Assembly: GCA_035221665.1 (NCBI GenBank)
Contig: CM069134.1
Span: 112,716,001-112,780,000 of the forward strand
DNA: 64,000 bases
Direction of reading: 5' to 3'
Origin: Okamejei kenojei
Lineage: Eukaryota
A program made the translations under genes and the position numbers. The notes beneath the pieces were generated by a model. The model did no database searches. It saw only the letters and a program-made list of their open reading frames with translations, and was not told the DNA's origin. Each line of letters starts with the position of its first letter. Positions within the stretch are counted from its first letter, which is position 1. Below are positions 25,376 to 39,041 of the stretch, in pieces.

Positions 25376-28300
25376 TAGTAATTCATATATGTATTTATAC
25401 TGCTCTCACTCTCAAACCATGACCTATGTAGTTTAAACTGTTTTAACAATGGAACATTTCAGTTGACATTTTGTTAGACCTATATCTCTGATAAAGGACT
25501 GCCACTGCACTGATGTTAGATTACATTTTTGTTCAATAAAATAAATGAACTATTGATCTTCACATTATTTCTCCATTTCAGCTACTTCAGCAATAGGGTT
25601 TCTTCATCCACACAGGTTGACATTTTGTCATGACTACTCCCTGACTGGCTTCTCCAGGACCTAAGTACTATAGATTGTGGGGAAATTGACAATGTTTTTG
25701 AATTGTAGTGGACTTGGACATAGAAATGGACTTGGGGGCTGAAATGTGGAATCACCCACTTGGAAGTTTGCCTTCAAATAGCTTAGTATGTTTGTATCTG
25801 TGTACAATTAATCTCCAAGAAGTTTCTTTTTAGAGCCCCTTTTGCTTTAAGTGCCTTAAAGATGTGTTCTCTAGGCTGCGATAAGGAAGCAACATATCAG
25901 GCCATGGATGCAACAATCAACCCCCTATTCATGTTGCAACATATAGTTCAGGGCAGAATGTTTTGTTAGCAGTTTCACCGCCATTGTTTCTAAAACCACA
26001 AGCAGCAGATCCATCTGTGAAGTAACATGTTATTGAAAGTGATTATCAAGTTTTTGTACAGTTCATTACATGAACATGATGGCAGGTTTTTGAATTTGTC
26101 TGTTTTGTTATGTCTGCTTCACATCTTGAAGGGAATGATGTTTGATATTTGACTGATATTTAGGGTTAGATTCAAAATAACTTCTACACCAATTGAGCAA
26201 AACCAAATATTAGACTTTCTCTTGAGTAGAAGGGAAAATTAAAACCAAAACCAAGTTTCTCTTCTGGATTAGCTCAACCCATTAACAATAAAGTGTTGAT
26301 CTGAATCACGGTACCCAAAAAGTCAGAGAAATAGATGTGAGAGCCATATTTGTTGATTCTCTTGTAGGTATATTGTTGGTCTGGCATGCTGTCGAGAAAT
26401 GAAGCATCTTTGCATAAAAAATTAGGTTTAAGAATTATATTTTAAAGTATGAAAATATTCTAAAAATAGGAATTAACAATTTGAGAAGAATTGAAAAAAT
26501 AAGGTAAGACATATTCATATGGTTAATCTTTTTACATATGGATGCAAGGCTTGGAAAAAATGCACCTCCAGCATGAAATGGCTTTTCCCCCAGCTATTTC
26601 CTTGAGAAGAATATTTTAAACCTAATTTGTATTTAATCAGTTTCGTCTTTATAAGCAGATTATCTTCAAGGTTGATTGAATATAACCATTTGAAGAATGT
26701 ATTGAATTGTTAATTTTAAATATATTGATATCCATTTAGAATTACAAAAACTATTTAAAAATTCAGTTGGATATATTACTTCTCAATTTAATTGAATTTG
26801 CTTCAACGTTTCCTTGGGGTCAATTAGAAGTGGTTGTTCTTAAATACCATATTTCAATTTAGCAACAACACAGCAATTTTAGATTCCTGTGTAGACATTT
26901 GGAACTGAAAAAAAAAACTAATTTGGTGATGCTTGGAGCATAACTGAAACCAGAGGGAAAGACTGTCCAGTGATCCTAGAGTTATACATTGGATTTTCTC
27001 AGGACTGTACTCCTTTAGGCAAAAACATGGAGTTAATCTGCATAATATAGAAATTGCAGAAAGCAGCGTAAATGAGGTGAGGAAATATTTCTTGTCAATC
27101 AAAAAATAAGGAACATCAATCTGATAAATTAGATCCTCCACCTAGACCTCAAGAGTCACTAGTTGATCACCTGTATCCACATGAAACCTGAATATGGTTG
27201 TATTCACTACCTTATATAAAAGCCATTCATAATGTCATTTCCTTCCAACTAGCATCTTGGGAATAAGGCAAAGGGTTCCTAAGGCATAGCTTTGAAATTT
27301 TGAAACGATTGCCTCAACAATCAAAGTTACATCGGATAAATGTTTTCTTGAACTCTAGGAGTATTGACTTTGTTACGCCTGGAGCATCATTCCCAATTCA
27401 GCATCTTTGGATGGCAATACGCCATTAGTCTCCTCACATTTTGTGGTATGCAATGAGAAATAAATGATTAGCTGGGAAATTTGTGGCAGGGAGACATGAA
27501 GCAGTGTGTTTTTTTTAATTACCCATTCTTCAGTGCCCATTCTAAATGCTACTTAAGTTCTTTAGTTCCATGAAGAGAAATTCATTTTTATTTTCTGCAT
27601 CATCGCTTCAGGCACTTTATAGCCTGAATTTGCGGAATAGGTGTTAAATATAGCTCTATGAGCTGGAGTGGAATGGGTATGAACCATACCCGCATGACAG
27701 TTTTACTTCCTGAAGAAACAAACCTTCCAAATTTCACTTCCTTTAAATGTAGAAATATATTTGTAATTCATCAAATTTCCCATTGTTTAGAGAAGATGTC
27801 TTTTGATGTCCTTGAACATCCTTCCAACCTCTTCATTATCACATTGTTAAAAATCAGAATCAATCTACCCATAACTATAGGGCTGTGTCTGGAACAAAGG
27901 GGGAGAAAATGATTTATTTTCAGCCCAATACTTAAAGTGAATGAAAGGTCGATTCCTATGGATTGAGAATTTATTAAACAACTGAAATGTCAAATTGGGA
28001 GCCATAGGTCCATAAAGTGCCGTTTATGTCTTTGCTGCATTATTTTAACTATATTTGCTTGTCAGAGAATATATAAAACAAACATGAATATTTGGCTAAA
28101 GTTAATAATCATTCTAAATTTAATTTAGCAGCTTAATGAAGTGTTCGTTTCTGTCTGCTAACAAGTCTATGTTGATGTATAAAAATAATGTTTTTTCTGA
28201 TTTGTTATTTGAATATTCAAACTGATCTTCTATATACTTTTTATTCCCATTCACTCTCCTCCTTTCACACATTTTGTATTAAAGGATGCAAATATTTTTT

Positions 28301-28886
28301 TCTCAGGTGCCTGCCTGGCTTTGGTAATAATGATAATAGTAATATAACTACTACTAATCATAATAATAATAATTACACCAATGAAGTTTGAGATGAAAAT
28401 AGTTTAATTTGGATATATCTCTCCAAAGTCATCTGGTTAACAATATTCTCTGGACCTTTCTAACTATAAGCTGTTAATGATTCTCAAAATCAATGATTTT
28501 CATCCCCATTATTGCCTAGAGAACCATCAAGGTTCAAGTGCTATATTATGACAATCTTCACATGCTATTGAATAATTATGTGATCATTTGTGAATATCAG
28601 GACAAAAATTGAAACCCGAGCAAAATAAGGGCATTTTTGTTGCCCATTTAATGAGAAGGGAAAGGAAAATTATTCTCAAATTTAAATTAAAATATTAAGC
28701 TGCCACGCCATTGATATTTGGGAGCTGCCCTGATTATTCTAAAATTGTTTTCATGTCAAGAATCATCTTTTTGCAACACACAGAAATCTAACATCTTGCT
28801 GTTTAATACAGTTGTCTGTAATTTCTGTTTCTGTCCTTTTCTGTACCTTCCTCCTCTGCATTTTCTTATGTGTTTGATTCTCACAG

Positions 28887-28954
28887 GGGACGTGGATTAC
28901 TACTGGCTGGACCATGCGTCTTGGCATAGCAGTGAGGCGTCCCCAATGTCTTTG
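28887..28954 (+). CDS. RIMS2: RIMS2 alternative exon A (68 nt, phase 1->0): (G)DVDYYWLDHASWHSSEASPMSL
   Basis: tctcacag|GGGACGTG...TCTTTG|gtgaga; peptide matches the RIM1/RIM2 GDxDYxWLD exon. Confidence 0.92.
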
Positions 28955-29061
28955 GTGAGACATGTGGAGCCTTAACATTCAGTTTCCTTTTCATTTCACT
29001 ATCCTTTGTTTTATTTATGCCTTTGCATGTTTCTTTTCTTTTTTTTATCCCACGCCTGTAG

Positions 29062-29270
29062 GGAACAGTCAAAGGGGAAAAAGAAAAACTAGTGAGCAGG
29101 CAGTATTGTCGGACTCTAACACCTTGTCTGAGAGGCAAAAGAAAATGGTGCGATTTGGCGGCCACTCATTGGAAGAGGACTTGGAATGGTCTGAGCCTCA
29201 GATTAAAGACTCTGGGGTAGATACATGCAGTAGCACAACACTAAACGAAGAACATAGCCATAGCAAGAAG
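29062..29270 (+). CDS. RIMS2: RIMS2 alternative exon B (209 nt, phase 1->0): (G)NSQRGKRKTSEQAVLSDSNT...LEWSEPQIKDSGVDTCSSTTLNEEHSHSKK
   Basis: cctgtag|GGAACAGT...AAGAAG|gtacta; strong similarity to the RIM2 GDSQKGKRKTSEQ...NEEHSHSDK segment. Confidence 0.92.
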
Positions 29271-30140
29271 GTACTAAGTCTGTATAGCCTGCATTCTACC
29301 TGCTCATTTGGTCTTTGTTTGCTATCTGTCACTCATTGTAAAAGGACAGGGTCTTTCCAGTGCTAAATGCACATCTATACAAGTGCAGATAAAAAAAAAT
29401 AAAAAATCCAAAACTGCTTGCTTTATTGTTTGCTGTCCTGCAGCAAAATTAAATACTTTATTTTCAAGATGCACAGGAATGTTCAGATGTACAGTTGCAT
29501 GGTAGACTTTAGAAACATTTTGTGTTGTTCATGAGTGATAAGTACAGTGTGTTCTTGAAACCTCCCCAATTGATTTTGTTTACTGATTGAATATCAGTTT
29601 AAAGTGTCCCCTTAACATGATAAGATTTTAAAATCAGACTGAGAGGAAAAGTTGGATCTGTTTTGCACAGAACTGTGTTTTTCTTTTTTCCCTTCCACTT
29701 TCATGTATGCAAACTTATTTTGGTGCAGTGGCATTTTGGTAGGTGTGTAATAGTATCTGTTTTGCTGTTTGCTTGGTACTTGCTTAAACTTGGTAATCAT
29801 GGCAGTTGGTGTTGACAGTGGTGGTAGCTTCTAAAGTGGATAGCCTTATTGAGCACTCTTGCCCGTGCTTTTTTCTCTGCATGCAGCATGAATTAAAGCA
29901 ATGAGCTCCTGTAATTACACAAACTTTTCAAATGCTTAAAAAACGTCCCAGAGTGGAACGATTCTCTCACAGCGCATTAAAGTGCACCAAACTCTAATTA
30001 GAAACCAAAAATATAAATGTTTGTGTAATTGCAAAGTGTTCTTTGTTGAATGAAAAATTAATTGATATTTAAAAATGACTAAAAACACACTAACAAGTAT
30101 AAGTATTTAAGACCTGTGTGTTATTGCTTTGACCTCATAG

Positions 30141-30260
30141 CATCCGGTGACGTGGCAACCGTCCAAAGATGGAGAACGGCTAATTGGTCGAATATTGTTA
30201 AATAAACGATTAAAAGATGGTACTGTGCCTAGAGATTCTGGAGCACTGCTGGGTCTGAAA
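30141..30260 (+). CDS. RIMS2: RIMS2 exon (120 nt, phase 0->0), PDZ start: HPVTWQPSKDGERLIGRILLNKRLKDGTVPRDSGALLGLK
   Basis: ctcatag|CATCCG...CTGAAA|gtgagt; read by hand, too short for the ORF track. Confidence 0.96.
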
Positions 30261-32379
30261 GTGAGTAATACCTGAAGATCAGTGGCTAAGTTTAGCAATT
30301 AATATATACTTTGACATGTCAATTAAGTAATTTATTCAATTATTTAATAGAAAGTCTTTGATTATGTACATTAGTATGATTCATGTATTTTTATACATGT
30401 GTTTTTCTTACTGTTTGATGTGTGCAAAAAATATATTCTGTTTTATTTAACATTTCCTTTATCTGATCTCAAATATGCTACTGTTGTTTGTCTGGTGAAC
30501 GGCTGAAGTTTAACTTCCACTGGAGTATCAGTGATATATATTTGGCCTACTAAATTATGCTGTGTTAGCTTTCTGCGTTTTGTGCAGAATCATTTATTAG
30601 ATACTGTTTCAAGAATTCTAATAGTTTACTGTCTGATCCCAGAAGATGTTTATTCATCAGCAGACACACTTTACATTTCATGTGGTACAAAATAGACTCA
30701 ATGCCTTTAAATAACCAATTAAAACTATCTCCTTGTAAACCACACATGAAATAATCTAACAGACTGCAAGACATAATATAGTATAAAATGCAAGAATAAT
30801 CTATGCTTTATAGAAGTATATGGTAAGTGTTTGAAGAAAGTAGTTATTGTGGAATCACACTAATAATAAAGGCAGAATTGAGAATTATCTAGATTTTTTT
30901 GGAGATTGCAGTCTGTAGATTGCACAATGATATTCTGGTCATCTGCCATGACAGTGGAGGTTGACCAAACTCTAAAAGTTAATATGTAAATCATTATTTT
31001 TGAAAGGTTTCTTTGGCCATCTTACCATGAAAGAACACTAGAGAATTGGGAGAATTCACAGGGAATTTTTGACCACCTCCATTTTGCTTTTTCCTCTTTG
31101 GATCATCTGCCACAAATTGACACCTCCCAGTCAGCCTCTGGAGTTCTTTGTGTCTGCACTCTATTGACCATTGGTATGAATACCCAAAACCCACCAGCAG
31201 GAGGCAGCACTCACATGCAGCACACAACAATCTCACCTAAGATGCGCAGCAACAAGGACAACCCTGTTAGAAACAATAGATTAAAGAATCTGGATGATAC
31301 CTATGCCAGCACTCCCCTGTTATGTAATGCACAGGAATGAGGGAGTTCTCCATTATCTTTCCTCCTTTATTTCTATCGAGGAAACATTTTGATTTCACCA
31401 AAATTACACCAGGGAGTGTTTACTTACTGATTTCTTTACAATTTTAAGAAGACCTCCTACTAATAATCTTAAATTAATTACTGGTTGAATCTAAACTATC
31501 ATATCCAAAGCATCATAGTGCTCTTTCAGTTTAGTCCATCGAATTTTTGGGGGGAATTGTTAAATTTTCCATAGGTTCTAAAAGGTTTAAAGATATTCTG
31601 AAATCAAATGGAATTCAAGTAATTGTGAACTTGTGCCATACCAATACTAGATGCAAGGAATAGTGCACCAAATACCCATAACCGAGTAGGGTTATGCACA
31701 CAGATCAATTTAAATTAAAAAAAAATTGTAACTAACTCCAAAACAATCCATGCACAAATACAATAATTAGTCAGTAATCATCTTTAAAAACAAGTAATGA
31801 TCAAGCATTGATTTATTCCATGTGCAAACACAACTTTGGCATTATGTACTGCGATCTGTTGAAATAATTGCTTGTGCATTCATATCCGCTAGAAGCCTGG
31901 GGACTGAGGTGGATCAGGAGAGATTATGCTGACAAATATTTCTCTGCTGGTGTTTGACTCCTGAGTGGTGCTTAGTCACACAAATTGTATTGCACAATGT
32001 CAGCAGGTTGAGAAAATAAACTGGTTTGCTAGCTTTGACTTAATTCTTCATCCACATTTAGAGTAGATTTTTAGTAAGTAGAAAATGTCAAATAAAAAAC
32101 CCCATTACATTCCCATTGTAAATATGACTTAGATGCGTTAATTGCCCATTTAAGTGAAGAGTTGTAAATCAATTTTGATCAGAGTTCCTAATATTTTTTC
32201 TCCCTCCCCACTTTCTGCACTGGAGTGCAACTCAGGAGGTACAAATATCCTTCCAAGATCATGATTGTTAATAAAGGGTACAAGTAATGAGGAAATGCAT
32301 TTATCTCTGAAAATAATCACACATGAGATAACGCTTTGATCCAAATGAATTCAATTTGTCAACTACTTATTAGCTACCA

Positions 32380-33778
32380 TTGAACCTGTCACTTCTGAGG
32401 TCTGAGGTTCCCACCTGCCTCAAAAGGGCATCAATAATACCGGTGCCCAAGAAGAGCAAGGTAACGTGCCTCAATGACTATCGACCTGTGGCACTAACGC
32501 CTGTGGTGATGAAGTGCTTCGAGAGGTTGATCATGGCGCAAATCAACTCCTACCTTGACAAAAACCTGGACCCACTGCAGTTCGCTTACCGCCACAACAG
32601 ATCAATGGTGGACGCGATCTCGCTGGCCCTCCACTCCGCTCTGGACCACTTGGACAACAAAAACTCATATGTCAGGCTGTTATTCATTGACCACAGCTCG
32701 GCATTTAACACAATCATCCCCTCCAAGCTGGTTACCAAACTTGCAGAACTGGGTCTCTGCGCATCCCTCTGCATTTGGATCCTCGACTTCCTAATTCACA
32801 GACCACAGTCTGTTCGTGTTGGTGGAAATGTGTCAGACTCGATAACAATCAGCACGGGAGCACCTCAAGGCTGCGTGCTGCCCCCTGCTGTACTCGCTCT
32901 ATACTCATGGCTGTGTAGCCGGTCACAGTGCGAACTCCATCACTGATGGGGATGAATCGGAGTACAGAAGAGAGATTGAGCGACTGTCCATATGGTGCCA
33001 GCACAATATCCTGGCCCTCAACACCAGCAAAACCAAGGAACTGATTGTGGACTTTGGAAGGAGTAGGATGGGGACCCATCCTGTTTATATCAACGGGTCG
33101 ATGGTTGAAGGGGTCAAGAACTTCAAATTCCTGGGCGTGCACATCTGTGAAGATCTTTCCTGGTTCGAGAACACAGATGCAATTATTAAGAAAGCTCATC
33201 AGCGCCTCTACTTCCTGAGAAGATTACGGAGAGTCGGTCTGTCAAGGAGGACTCTCTCTAACTTCTACAGGTGCACAGTAGAGAGCTTGCTGACTGGTTG
33301 CATCGTGGCTTGGTTCAGCAACTTGAGTGCCCTGGAGAGGAAAAGACTACAAAAAGTAGTAAACACTGCCCAGTCCATCATTGGCTCTGACCTTCCTTCC
33401 ATCGAGGGGATCTACCACAGTCGCTGCCTCAAAAAGGCTGGCAGCATCATCAAGGACCCACACCACCCTGGCCACACACTCATCTCCCTGCTACCTTCGG
33501 GTAGAAGATACAGGAGCCTGAGAACTGCAACAACCCGGTTCAGGAATAGCTACATCCCCACAGCCATCAGGCTATTAAACCTGGCTCGGACAAAACGCTG
33601 AACATTAATACCCCTCCATCTGTTATTTGCACTTTATTAATTTATTAATTAATGTGAGTATTTAAGTATATAACTGTAGTCAATGCCTACTATGTTCTGT
33701 TGTGCTATGCAAATAAATAATTTCATTGTCCTGTCAGGGACACATGACAATAAACTCTTTTGACTCTTTGACTCTTTG
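32380..33778 (+). mobile_element. Rex1/Babar-type LINE, 5'-truncated, relatively young but RT-defective
   Basis: ORFs 32380..32946 ([43 protein letters not shown]) and 33047..33601; AATAAA plus (gactcttt)n tail. Confidence 0.92.
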
Positions 33779-36700
33779 AATAGAGGCTAAGAGAGGGAAT
33801 CCTCCCCAGGATTTTTCATTTTTACTTTCTTCTTTTGGGTGCTATGTCTCAGTTTAGACATTCTGCCAGTGCCGTGATATAGTTTGTCCATGTCAGTGTA
33901 GTTGGGAGACTAGGTTCGTGAATTTTCCTGAGGCTTGGGCAGCAGCAATATTGAGTATATTTAATCCTTACACCTATGCAATTCATTATTTAAGGATCGA
34001 TAAGGAAGACAGGAAATGAAATTGCAATCAGAAATAATAGAAGAGATTCTGTGTATCTTTGTACAATGAAACTAGGTTGGTAACCTGGAAAGAGAGGACA
34101 ATGAATTCAGGGAAAGAACCTCATGACATTTTATATGGAGAAGATATTTTGAGATTTTTGAGGTTTAAGGGGATCTAATGAGGAAATCTGCTTCCTGTGT
34201 TTACCCTTCTTTTGAGATAATAAGATTGTGAATTCACTCATTTTATGACTTGGAGAAGAATCTTGAAGTTTGATGTGCTTTTTATTCTTGACCCTGCAGT
34301 GTCAGAGATAATGAGTTTGGGGGTGCAGTTAGCAAATTGCTGCAGCGTGTTGTACTTTGTTGCAAACTGATGGCGTGGTGGGGAGCATGGACAGTTGAAG
34401 TAGTGGATGGGTAGTGATTTGCTTTGTCCTCGAGCTGAGATTCTAAGAATAACTACTCACCAACAGTTGGAAAAATGGCGGACTAAATACTGTACAACAT
34501 TGCCTTCTACAGGAGCCCATCCGAATTGCAATACAGGGATAACACATCCATGACTGCTGATCTCAGCACTTTAGTTCAATGCATCCAGCAAATGATCTGG
34601 TAATCAGTTATCCATCATGTAAGACACAGGTGACCAATAGATCTGTCAAGATCACTTCAGGTGCCAGCGTACAAGCAGACTTGCATTTCTATAATTTGAT
34701 ATGTACAGCCATCAGAAATGTAGATGTGAACATACTTTTATATTTACTTCGTTTACACGGCTGCTGAGGCATATTTATGCATGATATGTAAATTCTTAAT
34801 GTGTAGGAAGGATGCTGGTTTACACTGAAGATCGACACAAAATGCTAGAGTAACTCAATGGGTCATGCAGCATCTTTGGAGAGAAGGAATAAGTGACGTT
34901 TCCAGTCGAGAAGAACCTCATGATGATATTATTTTTATAAATTATGAAAGCACATATTAGGATGCTTGTTGGTTGACTAAAATAAAATACACATCTTTAT
35001 TCGATGGTCCTGCATCCTACAGGTGCTAATTGTTTTAGAGCTTACAAGTATCATCCTTGGCTCCCTACAAAATAAAATACATATGTGTCTGGCAAGGTCA
35101 GCATATATTGCCCTCAATAAAATGACGATGTGTTGCCTTCCTGAACCGCTGCAAACTATGTGGGGAAATAGTCCCATAATGTTATTGGGTAGGGTGCTTC
35201 AGGATTTAGATCTAGTAATGATGAATAGTGAGATAACTGATCCCACATAACTGATTATTAGAAATGGGTTTTTACTCCTGGAATCCTGGGCATTATTGAT
35301 CTTCCACTCAACATAACTGAAACTATTTCAAAAACAGAAATTTGAGATTGGGAAGGGCTCATAATGTGCTCATAATGTATTAATATACACTAGCCCTGCT
35401 GCAACAGGTGGTCTTTGGGTCCAAACCAAAAATGCAGCAATCACTGCAACTAGTTTCCAGGGGTTGTATTGGCAATGGAGTTCTACAATAAAAAAGGGCA
35501 GGCATCAGCCATTTGGGATTACTGCTACATTCAAGTTCGTCTGCAAGTCACTGGAATTCTTTGCTCAACGTCATTGTGAGAATCCTTTCAGCTGAAAGAC
35601 TGCTAAGTTCAAGGAGGCAGCTAGTCACACCTCCTTAAGGGCAATTAAGAATGGGCAATAAATACTTATTTTGACAATGATGTCTACATCCTGGCATAAA
35701 GAAAATAAATGAAAGGAACATTTTGGAGAATCAATTAATGCTGAAATAGTGATAATTGACAATAATGCAGAAATAGTGACAATCAGAAAGTTCATCTCCA
35801 TTTGCATGAACTGAAAGAAAAACTGTGTCGCCACTGGCAAAGCAGCCATTCTAGAAGTGAGTTGTCTGCCAGTGTAGGCGGATTAACGCCGCTGGTCACG
35901 GACGGAAATACACTTGTACGGTCTGGATAATACGGAGGTGGAGCTGGCTCATTCACAGGCAGGATATGTTGTATGTTACGCCTGTAGGTGCCACCATCGG
36001 CACTGACCAGATATGAGCGTGGCTCAGAAGCAGAATTTACACCGATACGGTCATGGCTTTTGTCAGTCTGCAAACGAACCACCTACTTGTTTTGTCATAC
36101 CACGGTTTTTGAATGTTACGCTTTTGTTATAACCTGGGCTGGACTTCCGATGGTGGAACCACCTGTGGGATAATGCCTGATCCGCCACAGGCAACGTGGC
36201 TAGTGTCTGCCTCGCCAATAAACGTTGAGCACGTGTAACCCAAAATGGGGTCACGGGAGATGTTGTGTAAGTTGAGTAGATCCAGGAACACGTCAGAATT
36301 AGCGCTGTATGAATGTTCCATGAACTGTTATTCACTCTTGACAGCCCACTCAGCTAGTCCATTCAACTGTGGATATTCAGGGCTGCTGGTGATGTGGCGA
36401 AAACCCCAGCGTGCAGCAAATTCCTTGAAGTGTTGGCTGGTTAATTGACTGCCGTATGCACGGAGCTCTGCAAAATGGCGAGCAAGCTTCGAAACTACCC
36501 CGCGAGATGTGGGACAGCTAAGAAAATCAATGTCAAACCATCCTGAATACGAATCGACAAGTACCAGGTACTGCTTGCCATGCCACTCAAATATGTTAGT
36601 TGCCAGTGTAGACCACAGGAGTGCAGGAGCCGGATGTGAAAGAAGTGGTTGCTTTTGTTGGTGATGTGTCAAACTGTCGCACACTACGCAGGACGCCACA

Positions 36701-38126
36701 TTCTCGGTGATGTATTCGGCCTTTCCAGGCCAGTAAAACATGTTTCTTGCCCGTAGGACGGTAGTTTCAGTGACTGGGTGCCCTGCGTGGACAGCATCAA
36801 AATACTTGCTGTGCAGCGAAGCAGGGACCACAGCCTTGTGTCCTTTTACAATAATGCCATCCTGCAGCACTAGCTCATCACAGATGGCAAAGAAAGGCCA
36901 AACTGGCAGCGGAACGTTGTAGTGCTTGTCTGGCCAGCCGCGCTTAATGACGGAGGCAATCGACCATAGAGTACTGTCAGCAATAGTGTGGGCAACCAAG
37001 TTCTCCATACAGGATGAGGGAATAAAACACACAGTCAATTCTTCTTCCGGCAAGGGTGGACCCTCGCAGGTCTACCGGGGTGCACGAGAGAGATTGTCAG
37101 CCAGGAGCATATCCTTACCACGTTTGAAGCTGCAGCAGCATCCGCTGAAGGCGCCCTGGAGAGGCATGAATCAGTTTGTTAAAGATGCTGATCAGAGGTT
37201 GGTGATCAGTTTCAATCGTGACCGTTTGTCCGAAGATACAGTCTTTACATTTCTTGCAGGCGAAAACAACCGCCAGCAGCTCTTTCTCAATTTGGGCATA
37301 CCATTGTTCTGAGTCAGTCATAGTGTGCAAGGCATAGGCAACAGGCTTATTGCCGCTTTTGAAGACATGCTGCGCCCAGTCCGTGTTGTGAAGCGTCACA
37401 AGTCAGTGCGACCGGTCGTTTAGGATCAAAGTAAGTGAGAGTAGGAGCACGAGACATCTGCTGCTTAAGAGTGTCGAACGCCCTCTGCTGTTGCTCGTGC
37501 CAGGTCCAAGCAGTGTCTTTGTGTGTAAGTTGGCGCAACGGGGCTGATATTTCACTGAAGTCCGGAATAAATTTGTTCAAGTAGTTGATGGCACTGGTTT
37601 TCGCCGGATACATTTTTAGGCCTTCCTTTGTGAACACTTGCCCTATGTATTTCACCTCACTTACCCTGAATTTGCATTTTTGGGGGTTTAGCTTCAGGTT
37701 GATCATATTGAATGGCGGTGCAGGCTCGAAGGGCTGAATGGCCTACTCCTGCACCTAATTTCTATGTTGATGGACTTGGCGCGATCCAAGACCTTCGTCA
37801 GATTAGCATCGTGTTCTTCGACAGTTCGTCCCGCAACGAGGATGTCATCCACTACAATAGAGCACGGGTAACCTGCAAACAACTGCTCCATAGCTTGCTG
37901 AAATACTTCACTAGCAGAGCTTATGCCAAAGGGCATGCGAAGAAATCTGTAACATCCGAAGGGTGTGCTGAAAGTGGTTAACTTGGAGGATTTGTGTTCC
38001 AGCAAAATCTGCCAGAATGAACAATTGGCATCTAATACAGTAAATACAGTTGCCTCAGCCATCTGCACTGCAATCTCAACCATAGTGCGCATGGGATAGT
38101 GAGGGCATTTAATGGCTGTGTTTAAG

Positions 38127-38874
38127 ATTAGATTAGATTAGATTAGATTTTATTCATTGTCATTTGAACCTCGGAGAGGTTCAAACGAAACTGTTTCTAC
38201 AAACCATACAAACAGAACAATTCATAAAAAACACACAAACAATTCAATTCACACAGTAAATCTCCTCCTCACTGTGATGGAAGGCAACGTTCTTCTCTCT
38301 CCCCCGTACCATTTCTCTCCCGATGTCGAAGCCCCAGGCGGGCGATGTTAAGTCCCACGGCCATTGAGGCCGCGCCTGGCGATGTACGGCCCCGCTCTAG
38401 GCCCAAAAGTCACAGGTTGGAGCCCCCGGCGGGCGCTGGAATGTCCCGCGGCCGTTAAAGCCGCGCCGGGCGATGTACGGCCCTGCTCCGGGTCGTTCCA
38501 ACCCCACGACATGGGCAGGAGAAGTGTTGTGGGAGCTCCGGGGAGCCGTCTCCCACACGGACCCGCAAGCTCCCGATATCCGGACAGTCCACCGGCAGTA
38601 ATCTGCAGCTAGAGCTGGAGCTAGAGCTCCAGAGTCGGGCTGCAGCTGGAGCTGGAGCTCCGGAGTCGGGCCACAGCAGCGAGCCACCACCGCTCCCCAA
38701 GCTCCGAGGCCAGCCAGCCCCACGATGGTAAGTCCGCAGCTCCGCAGGCTGCATGACTGCAGCCCCCAGGTCATCCCGGTCGGAGGCCGTTCCACGGTAC
38801 TAGGCCCCAATGACAACGGTGACCCGACAGGGAAAAGGTCGGGTCTCCCGTGCAGAGAAGAGATTTTAAAAGTT

Positions 38875-38914
<40 letters not shown>

Positions 38915-39041
38915 ATATATACACTTTTAGAAACAGTACAAAAAAAAAAAACACGAACAACTACATTCAACTAGACAAAAATTTTCATAAAAAGACAGAC
39001 AGGCTGTAGGGGCCGCTGCAACGTGAGCCGCGCCGCCACAC
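38127..39041 (-). mobile_element. GC/CpG-rich non-autonomous retroelement inserted in the Gypsy RT
   Basis: Splits RT between ...NPKDL and NTAIKCPHYPMRT; (TCTAA)n tail on the minus strand; perfect 10-bp hairpin at 38163-38185. Confidence 0.75.

Noticed and set aside
1-28886. The preceding constitutive RIMS2 exon (ending ...ESVSEK-G)
   Set aside because: Not found by eye or in the ORF track; presumed upstream of the window, so the phase-1 status of this intron is inferred from exons A and B
38364-39009. GC-rich ORFs of up to 187 aa with poly-Gly or poly-Pro
   Set aside because: Stop-poor GC-rich repeat and a homopolymer run; no protein similarity recognised
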